A stretch of DNA of 60,787 nt, the filler included, from Porpidia crustulata (Eukaryota), in NCBI GenBank assembly GCA_964255105.1. It is 6 parts of 6 records of this genome, joined end to end, with 100 filler letters (N's around TTAATTAATTAA, not from the genome) between each part and the next. Parts side by side here need not be neighbours in the genome. Positions count along the whole stretch, not along the records: positions 20,315 to 30,363 come from CAXUWE010000844.1; positions 30,464 to 40,506 come from CAXUWE010000845.1; 4 more parts are not named here. One strand, given 5' to 3'. The position numbers were made by a program, and so were the translations under genes. Under the pieces are notes generated by a model. It was not told where the DNA came from and searched no databases. It worked only from the letters and a program-made list of their open reading frames with translations. Below are positions 24,696 to 35,893 of this stretch, one piece after another. Within the stretch, counting starts at the first letter, position 1, and every line of letters begins with the position of its first letter.

Positions 24696-27576
24696 TTACA
24701 ACATCATTAAGTGCAGACACGCCAGCGGCGCAAGTACGGCTCCAGGAACGATCATTCTCGTAGAACCTCCCGAACTTGGCGCCGGACTATTGCTGGTCGA
24801 AATACGCGATGCATTCCCGCTTGAACCACACGAATTTCCAGTTGGTGTGGTAGTTTGAGTAAGTAGGACAGAGGCATTGTTGTGCGCTGTAGCCGTGCTG
24901 TCAATCGATAGGCCTGATGATTCGCTCGTACTTATTTGCTGGTTGTGGGCAATATCAGAAGAAATCGACGGGCGTATTTCGTAGCCGACAACAGTGGCAC
25001 TAGTGCCGAGCGTGTAGGTACGTAAGGGAATAGTTGCTAATGAAATGCCAGGCGTTTGATCAGCAGATCCATCAGTTTGGGAAGTGGAGCTTTCAGCGGA
25101 TGGATCTGAGGGATATGTCGGTAGCCCCCCAGCTACGTACGTAGCTAGGGTAAGAGAAATTATGATACTGATGCTGCTTATGACAGAATCAGAAGAGGTC
25201 GCCTGTGCGTTTGGAGAATCCTGGCTTGTGGTTCTAATCGCAAAGCTGTACCCATCCGTGGAAACCACCTCGTCGATTTCAGGAGGACCTTGACTAGTCG
25301 GAGTGGTTAATACGGTACTGCTAATCTTGACATAAACAGCTGTAGGATGTAGTGGGCCCGAAGATGCTACAAGTCCAAGAACTTCTCCTGATTCTAATGT
25401 CGTTACCCCTATTTTGGCAGTGTTAGGAGATAGGGTCGTGGATTGCGATACGCCATTTCAAAAGTTTGTACCTAAACTGTTGACGGTAAATGATGCGAGA
25501 GTAGAGGGATTATAAACTTTCGTCACTTTCTCCTTTGAAGAAGAATCGGGTCCACCAACCACTCCGTGGGTTAACTCTTCCAATCTTGATGCGGTGCCGG
25601 AGCTAGGCTTTGGCGCTGTTGTCCCATCCATCGAAGGAATTGGTTCTTGACTCAAAGAAACAGGCGTTCGATTTGCCGAAGGTCCTTGCACAGTCTCTCT
25701 GGTAGAGGTGTTTGGTTTATCAGCTGTATCAGGCCCTAAGGAGTCCACCATAGAGTGTGGATACTGATATATAAAGGGTAGAAACGGGAACTTTGACGAA
25801 GACACCTGAAATGAATCTATTGATACGACTGATGAGAAGCTTATTGGTAAATCATGTGGAACACCTATTTTCACAGATCTCACTGAGTCAGTCGTCAAAA
25901 TTGATACCGTTGTAACTGCGGCAGGCAGCGCCATATTTGCCCTGGAAGACTCGGCATCAATTACAAGAGCTGTTTCTTGTGTTTGTGGTATTACTGAAGA
26001 GAGGGATTTCGTTGGATCAGCCGACGATGTTCCAGTGCTGGGAGGCAAATTTGGAGATCCCATACTGGCGGGCGTAGCGGAAATCTTTGGATCCAGGCTT
26101 TTGCCAGTAACTAAAGTACTTGTTACCGAAGTCGCTGCTGGAGACATAGCCCCAACGTGACTCAACGTCCTAGGCGGGTCAAAAACTCCATAACCTAGAT
26201 ACATTGAAGGGCATCGCATCCATGCAGGATCCAAGGATGTCAATTGTGCTGGGGCAATTATTATTGGATTGAAGGGAGGTCCTACACTATATCCAGTCAC
26301 AGAAGAAGGGAGGGTATAGGGTGACGTTAATACTGTAACCATGACTACCGTCCTATTGGAAAGGCCCCAAGTTGGGCAGGCAAGTCTCTCACGTCGAGAG
26401 CTGCTATATGACTTGATGCTGCTGGTACTGCTCTGAAGCCACTATATCTTTCATGTTCAAGACTAGATCCAGTCGGGACCTCGAAAGATATTGTTGATAG
26501 GCCACCTTCAGCAATAGCTACAATAGAGCTTGTAGCAACCCGCGTTAAGGGTTCGCACTTATCATCTACGTGAACGGTCCCAATCACTTCTAGATATATG
26601 GAAGGAGAGGTACTGCAGCACCTGTGAGCATTAATCGCAAGAGTTTGATTAGAGAATGGGTATATTACAATGTGTATCCATTACTGACCATTGTCGCGGC
26701 CCCTCCATCTACGAGAGAGTGCGCTCGACTTATTAAGCCTCTAGACTGCACTTTGTTGCTTTCATGACTGTGCGAACAATTTGTTGTTTCCTTTGAGGGG
26801 AAATATATCAAACGAACTTCTTCCACGTCCGCTTGGCAGATTCCACAACAGACATCGCTAGTACCTTCTGGAATCCACTCAGATTGAGGAATGCCAAATG
26901 GAAGATAATTCACAGGCGGCAGGAGCGTGCCAGAATGGTTTGCGCCGCAATTCATAAACGACGCCAAGATATCAGGTTGTGTCAGAACCATGTCATAACT
27001 CACTGCTGAAACACTATTGAATTTGAACGCCTTAGGAACAGAGGTACATTCTGGGGAGCGCCCGAAGCTTGTCCGATAGTGACTGTAGGCATATATCGCG
27101 GAATTGACGACTGGTGTGTCGTACCCTATGTTGGTTGCAGATATCCAGTTTGCTAAAGAATATTCTAGAGATGCTGATTTCGACTGAGCGTTCAGGTAAT
27201 CAGAGCAAGGGAGATTTGTTTGCGTGATAGTGCTAGACAAGTTTAAATAAATATTGATGAAGCCCGTCTGACATAGCGGTCCCCAAATATTGCACCCTGA
27301 TGCCGGGATTGTAGAAGGTCTTAGGAAATGCGCATAATTGACAGGTGGGGAAAGGAGTGCTGTAGCTTCCTCGATTGTCACTATCAGCTATTCCATTCCG
27401 CAGAACGCGTAGCCAATATAAGGCTTCTTGAAAATAGTGTTCGTGGGGTTGTCAAGAGCGGAAAGGAATCACTGCTTACCCAGACTGGCATTTTTCTCCA
27501 ATGTGAGAGAAGTCATGGCGTTATCAATAGCTTGACAAGTGAGTGCCAAGCCCAAGGAAATGGTTATAAGAAGCAT
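24696..27576 (-). pseudogene. secreted Ser/Thr-rich, probably GPI-anchored surface protein gene with a frameshift and a premature stop
   Basis: Signal peptide MLLITISLGLALTCQA. Cys-containing N-domain (CNIWGPLCQTG, FGRSPEC, CCGIC...VRLIYFP, GYTFTSPSIY, LTSLDPAW..C, FDPPRTL). 1-nt frameshift at ~26380 (DL[A]CPTWGL) and in-frame TGA at 25458-25460. S/T-rich stalk and hydrophobic C-terminus SSGGSTRMIVPGAVLAPLACLHLMML*. Confidence 0.8.
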
Positions 27577-29255
27577 TCTAGTAGCGTCACAATAAGAGCT
27601 AGAGAAGGTAATCATACACTCCAATGGTAGCAGAAATGCATGTTCAAGATCAGAGGCACGACGCAACTTTATGTCCGCCTTGATTCAAGAGGCATAATGG
27701 CCACCTTGCAATTCCAAGGGTCAACTTATCAGGCATGATGGGCATGAAAGGTGCGTATGGGTCTCGCCTACCGATATGCATGGCTATGCTACAAGAAAGT
27801 CATGCTGCAAAATCTCGACGATGAGCTGGGGTTTTGAAAACCCAACATAGGTTCGATGGAAAGGCACTTAGTTCAGCGTATACCGTGTTACATCTTTGTG
27901 GCGCACACGTACCAAGGCTTTTCAGCTTCTCCGAGATCTTGGTGGAAGTAAAGACTAGTGTAGAGAGCACACATCCACAAGAGGGATTATCCATATAGTA
28001 TCAGGTTTCAAAGCAGCGCAATCTCTATGAAACAAGAAGAAGACAAGAACAATTGCGTGCATGACCACGTGGAGAATTGTGCAACACCAGTAAGATTTTT
28101 TAATCGGAAGATTGTTTTCAAATCAATCAGGGGATAAAATACTAGAGATCGCGGGCGCGTGGAGATGGACTTCAGCCCGAAAGGGAGCACGGCACGTTGG
28201 GGTGGTTGTACACTGCTTTCGAGAGGCCGGAGGAAGGTTTCATGCTTTGATCGCCGCGAGTGCAGATATTGTACGACAGGCTCAGGGTAGCCTACGATTT
28301 GGGCGCTGAGCTTGGCATGATGTAGTCAAGAGAAAGCATTTGTAGTGCTTTATCCGTTGATGTTCTCTTTAATTAAGTTGAGGCAGTGTCAACCGAAAGT
28401 CATTGGAGCACTTGGATATGATTATCCGGCTCTAGTGCTCCAAGGACTTTTGGCAGCCCTGGTGCGCAGTTGGTGTTTACGATTACTAATCTGTTGCTTA
28501 CATAATTCCGCATATCCCGCACAAATCCATCTTTCTCCTGATCTCCTGATATCTACTTTCAAGCTGCCATTACTTAGCGACAAGACAAATCTACATAGCG
28601 AGAGCTAGACTTCAATGTGAAACCGAAGGATGATGACCTACAATATTCAGGTGCATGGGACTGAGCATTTCCCAACTTACTTCATCTGAGGGAGTGTTTC
28701 GCTGCCTCTGTACTCTATTTGCTTCAGCCCCCAAAATCTCAATATGGCTTTCTATGCCCCTTCCCCTCCCCTACCTCCGAGGACGGTACAGGTCTTGGCT
28801 TCATTGGTGATTAGCAGTTCATGCGGTTGTACAAGAATGAAATGAGAATACCTTGCAACCTTACCAGATGGATTTGTGTACTTTCTGCAGATAGAAAATC
28901 TCCTATGTGGCTCGTCATGCAAGAGCACTATCCTCACGTTTCGTCCTCTTGGAATAATCTATTATCCTAGCGACTACAGTCGCGGATATTTCGGCCGCGC
29001 ACATTGCTGGCGGCGAAGTCAGGCCACTAATTTACCTTTGTGGTTGTAAAATATGTCTATGGTCAATTGTGGGTTACCGATTCAAACCCCGAAACAAGAC
29101 CTAGAGCTCGGCCCAGGTAAATATGCAGGCAAGGGCAAGTCTTCGTGCAGGATTGCCGAAGCTACTCAAGGCAAAGCTGATTACAAGGCCTGACAATATC
29201 CTAATTGACGACATGTATCAGGAGCATGTGCTGCACAGAGATATCATTCCAGTGA

Positions 29256-29263
29256 TATAAAAG
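29256..29263 (+). promoter_or_regulatory. TATA box of the small secreted protein gene
   Basis: TATAAAAG ~140 bp upstream of ATG 29399, followed by a CT-rich tract. Confidence 0.55.
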
Positions 29264-29398
29264 GCCTCCCAAAATTATCTCTCCGTCTTTTTTTTGGCTC
29301 TGTCGTTCTTTCTAGGTTTTGCTTCCCAATCTAATCTGAAGCTCTTCAGTCTCAGAAATCCCGAGTCCCAGTTCTTTCTAAGCTTTCACTCCTGCAAA

Positions 29399-30024
29399 AT
29401 GAAGATTACTTGTTCCACCATAATTGCAGCTCTCGTATACCTTGTAGATGCAAAACCTGTCTCCCTAGCCAACCCCAGCGTTCCGCAGATTCAACCTCTC
29501 GAGAAACGTGGCGTTCAGTGGATGATAGCGCAGACTCAAGGTATATATATAATCCCGACTTCTAGATTGATGATTTGAGTACACACCAACTAAACAATTT
29601 AGATGGATTAAATTTCCAAGCCATGCATGACTGCCTAGCTAAGTTTGAGCCATACAATTGGTTTACAACTACTCGCTGCGGTGTAAGCTCCAGTACCTAT
29701 GCGCTTTTCAATGGGAGGATCTAAAGCTTCACAAGGGAGTGAATTGGACAAGTTAGTGGTCTATAATGCCAATCTTTTGAGATTCTCTTCTCATTCACCA
29801 TTGACGTTTAGTGGGAAATAGCCATTACAGCGACCCACAGTGAGGCCGCCAAGTACTATGGGTCTATATTATGTACTAATGCCTGCAGGGTCTGCTATCA
29901 GTCTTGTGTCAACAACCTTGCAAAAGGAATTGATCAGAACGTTGCTGTCCAGTATTGCGATGATTACGAGGGTACAGGGGGACCGATGGGAACCCATTGC
30001 TGGTTCAATATGATGATTGACTAG
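29399..30024 (+). CDS. small secreted 6-Cys pre-pro-protein (133 aa), five exons including micro-exons
   Basis: Exons 29399-29540, 29603-29682, 29736-29751, 29812-29839 and 29889-30024, all GT-AG with 49-62 nt introns, total 402 nt in frame: MKITCSTIIAALVYLVDA-KPVSLANPSVPQIQPLEKR-GVQWMIAQTQDGLNFQAMHDCLAKFEPYNWFTTTRCGGVNWTMGNSHYSDPQVCYQSCVNNLAKGIDQNVAVQYCDDYEGTGGPMGTHCWFNMMID*. Confidence 0.85.
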
Positions 30025-30363
30025 ACGGAACGCTCGTGCGGCGATATTCTGAAGAGGTCTTTTGGCTCAGTTTTTGGTAAAGGATGTCATGGAGTCGGAA
30101 AACCTGACAGAGCTCTTCTTTGACATATTCATCCCTCTGGCCTATTCGCTTGGTAGCAAGCGTAGCTACTTCCACTGATCGAAACCAGATTCTTCATACG
30201 TCTTTATTTCAAATCCCGCAGACCCTCGAAAATGCCCCAAAATCCCCGTCTTGCCCTCGATACAGTCCAATCTCGATCACGCATATCATGCAAGACACCC
30301 CTCACCTCTTCCCAGCTCACCCCAATAGCAGCCAATCTCTCAATTTCACACACCCCCTATCAC

Positions 30364-30463
30364 NNNNNNNNNNNNNNNNNNNNNNNNNNNNNNNNNNNNN
30401 NNNNNNNTTAATTAATTAANNNNNNNNNNNNNNNNNNNNNNNNNNNNNNNNNNNNNNNNNNNN
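30364..30463. other. artificial contig-joining pad
   Basis: N44-TTAATTAATTAA-N44. Confidence 0.97.
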
Positions 30464-30943
30464 TTACCAAGATGTGCCGGAAAAACCACCGTTATACATT
30501 CTTCGGTAAAATCAGCTGATCTGGTGCATTTCAGAGAGAAATTGAAGATTTAAAAAGGTGGTAATGCGCAATCAGTCTCAGCCGCTCTCAGACCTCCTCT
30601 TGAGTAAGTACCGCAATGCACGATTCATGCAACGCACGCCAACGAAACGTACGAAAATCGTAGTTGTGAGTAATGAGATTTTTCTGCTATGGGCGATCAT
30701 GGACGAACAGCTACCTAGACCCCGGGAAAATGCATATATCCAGCTTACAAGAAGCCCGAGGGCTGGCTCTATGGAATATGACGACGCCTTTGTTCATTCG
30801 CCATGTACACTGTACTCTGCCTCCTGTACCGGACCGCCTCTGCGTTTGTCCTCTCGTCTTCGCCCTTAGGCATTCACACCCTCAATTGTCCCTGTCTCTG
30901 GCCTTCCCTCTCCCCGGTTTTCTCTACCCAGTCTCAAGTTCTC

Positions 30944-33626
30944 TCAGACTACGGGACTTGGCATAGCCGGGCCATCTCCCTCTGTTGGTGGCGGCGGCGG
31001 CGCGCTCTTTCCTCCGGTGTGGTCAAAGTATTTTGCGAACTCCTTGTTCTCCGGGAAAGGCCTCGCTCCGAGTAACCGAACCAGATCCTCTCTGCCAAGC
31101 ACTTCCTTGCTCAGCAATTCCTCCGCCACCAGCGCAATCTCCTTTCTTTTCTCCGTGAGCAAGTCTCGGCATTGCTTGTAGGCTTCATCGACGATGCGGC
31201 GGACCTCGTGGTCAATGTTGCGGGCAGTCTCCTCGGAAAAGGGTTTGTGGAGTTTCTGCTCCTCCTCCTCGAAGTAGAGGTAGCCGATCTTGGACGACAT
31301 ACCCCATTTAGTCACCATAGCGGTGGCCATGCGAGTGACTTTGTTGAAGTCGTCCGAGGCACCGCTGGTCACAGTATCAAAGTGCAGTTCCTCGCTGACA
31401 CGGCCCGCCAGCGTCATTGCCATGCGGTCCATCAACTGATTAACGTTCATTAAGTAGACATCGCCCTGGGGAAGGTATTGGGCGTAGCCGAGAGCACCTT
31501 GCCCGCGGGGGATGATGGAGACTTTGAGGAGAGGATCGGCATATTTGAAAAACCATCCTGAGATGGCATGGCCGGCTTCGTGGTATGCGACAACGCGTTT
31601 CTCTTCCGGATTGAGGACGAGCGATTTCTTCTCAAGTCCACCAACGACTCGTTCGATAGCTTGCTCAAAGTGTGTCACTGTCACGGTCTGAGCGGACGTG
31701 CGGGCAGCTGGAAAAGGTTAGCTTCAATTGAAACTGGTGATGTTCAGGTATTATACCGATGAGAGCCGCTTCATTACAGCAGTTGGCAATATCGGCACCA
31801 GAGAATCCTGGGGTCAGGGCAGCTAGTCGACTGGTCAAAAAGTTCATATCTTCGCTTGTAACAATCTTGCCGAGGTGAACATGGAAGATTTGCTTTCGAC
31901 CTTCCATGGTTGGTCTGTCGATTGCGATATGTCGATCAAATCGGCCAGGGCGTAGTAGAGCCTTATCGAGCACATCTGGTCTGTTAGTACCTGCAAGGAC
32001 AACAACCTGCTCCGAGGTGTTGAAGCCATCCATTTCGGTCAGGATTTGATTTAGTGTGCTCTCTCTCTCGTCGTTACCACCTCCAAAATTACCCTTACCT
32101 CTTGCTTTGCCAATGGCGTCGATCTCGTCAATGAAAATAATGCACGGCGTGTTCTTCCTAGCATTTGCAAAGAGATCGCGTACTCGGGAAGGCCCGACAC
32201 CAACGAACATCTCAACGAATTCAGATCCGCTGACGCTGAAAAAAGGCACTTCCGACTCTCCAGCTGTGGCTTTTGCAAGCAAGGTCTTACCAGTACCTGG
32301 TGGCCCGGACAAGATGGCACCACGAGGAATCTTCGCCCCTAATCTCTGGTACTGGCCGGGGCTTTTTAGGAAACTAACGAACTCCATGATTTCTTGTTTA
32401 GCCTCGTCCATGCCTGCGACATCCGAGAATTTGGTCTTTATGTCCGTCTCGTGATTGAATTTCTTTGCTCGGCTCTTACCGATTCCAAAGATACCACTTG
32501 AAGATCCAGATCCCCCACCAGCAGCACGCCTCGACAAGTAGAACAAGCCACCGATTAGGAGAAGTGTAGGGCCAAGTGAAAGCAATGTACTAAACCATGA
32601 TATTTCATCGCTATATGATACAGGAATTCGCTCCGAACTTGGAATGTCAAGTTCCTTCTGAGCATCCTCGAGCTTCCTTTCGAAAGCCTCAACGGAGCCT
32701 ATGCTGAAGTAGTAATGGAAATTACTGTGCTGTGCAGGACTTTCGGGGTACATTTGAGCTGTCGCCTCCCTATGGAGATCCACGCGGACACGACTGCGGT
32801 TTATCACGGATAACTTCTCGACTAGCCCTTTGTCGAAGAAAGTTGTTCTGAACTCTTGCCAGGTAATCTCTTTCGAGTTCTCTGATGGTACGACTGCGCG
32901 GTAAAGTAGATACGCGACGAACATGGTGAGAATCGCGGAACTTGTATCAATTTTGATGTCAGACGTCTTAAAGCCTTCGGGGAATTCTACGCCTTTCTTA
33001 TCGCCAGAGCCAGAAGATGACTGGCTCCTGTTGCCTCCTTTATTATCCTGAGAAGACTCTTTGTTGCGGCCCATTTTGATCTCATTTTCAACAGCTTGCC
33101 GAGCCATCTTGGAGGTCAGGCGAATCAATTTTGCGGCCGTTGCAAGATCTGGTTGCTGCCCCTTCTTCAAATTGGCCATGACTTCCCTGACCTCTTGTGG
33201 GAGACCATTCCGTCTGATTTCATTGAAAGTTTTCTCTAGATGCTCGGACTGATTTGCAGGTAGGCCTTTCTTCAGTAGTGATATCAGATTGTCCAGCCTT
33301 TCCTCTTCTTCCTTGCTGAGCATAGAAGCCGAAGCCTTACCGTCGCCGCCCTTGGGCGACGAAGACAACGGGCTACCATTACTGTACAGCGTTTCAAAGC
33401 CTGGGGCTGCCTTGCCACCGGTCGTCACCGATTTCCCCTTGGCATTTCTCTGGTTGTTTGGGTCTTCGGGTTTGCTGGTGGCGTAACTACGTTGTTGAGA
33501 ACCAGCTGAGCGTGAACTACAAATAATAGACCCACGAATGTAGGAAGAGTTTGAGTATATCCGATTATCAAACCGTATTCGTGATAACCTTGCGAGATTG
33601 CTTGATCGTCGAAGGAGCGTTGTCAT
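30944..33626 (-). CDS. YTA12: mitochondrial inner-membrane m-AAA protease subunit (Yta12/Afg3 family, FtsH-like)
   Basis: Arg/Ser-rich presequence, two TMs, Walker A GPPGTGKT, Walker [22 protein letters not shown], zinc motif HEAGH, GASDD; intron 31708-31756. YTA12 and AFG3 cannot be distinguished by eye. Confidence 0.93.
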
Positions 33627-34186
33627 GATAGGATGTAAAGGAGTCGAGGCTGGCGGCAAGCGCCTTGAGATAGTTGAACGTTACCCGTCGTTTGTAGGTG
33701 TATGGACTTAACAACAATCTTGCTGGAAGTCTTAAAGCACCAAATTGCGGCGGAATAGGTGTGAAGGCGGCCTTTGATGACGAGGTCCAAAATATCGCTT
33801 ACATGATGAGCCTTAATGCATTTAAGCCCAGAACGTAAGGCTAGACTAGCGTTATACTGGCCTCGGCTGAGGAATTCCCATGACACCATCCGAGGCATCG
33901 TATGGTTTCGCGAAAGAAAATTGTTCGTCAATAATGAACATACTATCACTTTGACACTTATATGGGCATCAGTCAGATAGTCTTAGATCAGTCACTGAGA
34001 GTCAATACGCCACAGTGGACTTGAATGTATTCTACTACTGTTGGGTACATCTAGAATTCCCAATGTCGACATCTGGAACTTTTGGCTGCGATGCTTGTAG
34101 GCTCAACATAAATTACATCGATCCACGGTCAAAATCAAATAAATTCATGATAGTCTCCCGATGTAGCTGTTGTCGCAAATATTTCT

Positions 34187-35398
34187 TTACTTGGATTTTG
34201 ACACCCGTTTATCACTGAAATTGCCAGGCAGTTTTGAACTAAGTTTTGGCAAAAACTTCCCAACCCTTTGTTGATATTCCTTGTATTCTGGATATTTTTT
34301 CGTGGATATAAGTTCGGTGAACCAAGTTGAAGCTTGGAACAATATCAAGTAGGCGATTGCACCGACAATGGACCAGTTGTAGTACGTCTCTGTGGTCCAG
34401 CAGGACCATGTATAGAGCGCCACCCAGAAGCTCTGCTCCGCTGCAAAATTCGGATGTCGACTCAGGGACCATAGCCCGGTAGTGTTGAAGCCTCGATCGA
34501 GATCTTCCTGATGGTAACCTGAAGGAACCTGTGCATCTTTTTGGTAGGTTTTCTTGGCACTTTGATAGTCTAGAGACGCGAAGTTTCAGCAAGACAACCA
34601 AGACATCAAAAATACTAGATAAGAGCCTACTCACGCCACTGCTGGTCATCTGCGAAGTAAGCGATCAAAACCACATCAACGAGAATGAGTGAAAATAGAA
34701 TATCTGAGCCATGATATTTGTCTTCGGTGAATCTCGCTGCGAGCACCATGATGTATGTCGGCATGGATACCGAAAATAGCAGGATCTGCGAGTCGAGTGC
34801 ATGTCAGTGGGTAGGCCTGTAAACGATAGACTTGAACGACTTACACTTTGCGCCAAGGATATAAAAACCACATTGAAGATGAAGAACAATGGAGGGCTGA
34901 TCTTCTCCCGAAGCACCTCCCAACGGTAGTCTTCTGAGCCAATTTCATAACCACCTTTTCGCCAGTAATTGTATGTTAGACGCATCTGATGAGATGTTAG
35001 TTCCAAGATTCCGCGATCTAATTGGGCCTCAAGCATACACTCCATATAGTACTACATATTAACAATGAGTCAAGGCGTCGGGTGGACAAGCCAGCAGCAT
35101 GTGCATAAATAGTAAAGTGCGCATTATAGATCGTTGGGAGGAGACTCCAGCATCGGTCAACTTGCGAGTAATTCTTGTTCACCTCCGAAACAACCAGAAA
35201 GATAGGGACGAGAAATAGAGAGAATGCAAATGCCGAAATTAATGGATTTGTGGAAATGTAAAGCTGTCGAAGTGCAGACGGGTTTGAGATGGACTCAAAG
35301 ACCTGCTGCGGTAAATTGTAAAGCTGAGAAATGAAAGGAATGACCGTCGTACAGAAGTCAGTGCAATCGGTAAAGGTCTTGATTATAGGTAAAGCCAT
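34187..35398 (-). CDS. DUF1295 family membrane protein (steroid 5-alpha-reductase-like)
   Basis: NYSQVDRCWSLLP, RLTYNYWRKGGY..GSEDYRW, GLWSLSRHPNFAAEQ, LFQASTWFTELIS..KYPEYKEYQ.RVGKF; first intron 34986-35038 and further introns downstream. Confidence 0.9.
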
Positions 35399-35893
35399 GT
35401 TGAGGAGGATACAATTTGCGTTTTCAAGTTCGTGTGTTGAAGATGCGACGGAAGTAAAATCGATGACGAGTCTCGACGATTGTTTACATTAGAGTAGTAG
35501 TTTTGAACCCTGCATCAAATCTTCGGCGCGGACCGCTAGGACTAGTTGAACACCAAGTAAAATACAGCAATAGCGGTTTTTTTGCTTGGGAACGCGAAGC
35601 GCGACTGGCTTCTGAGTTCAACCTTCCTCAGTCAACATAAGATGTAATGGGTCCCAAATTCTCTTTCATGAGTAAGGGTGACGGAGAGACATTGTTAAGG
35701 GGTACAAGAACGGCTTCGAATGCGAAGAGAACCGCGTTCCAGGTTCTTAGTACATTCAATTAATTCAAGCTTTGTTTATTACCATATTCAAATTGCTTCA
35801 CCAGCGCTATGTGAAAACCCAGGATGTCTATTGTTCTTTTGCCAATGTAACCTTGAAGCGAGATGTAATTGGAGGGTTTGATGGAAACGGGCC

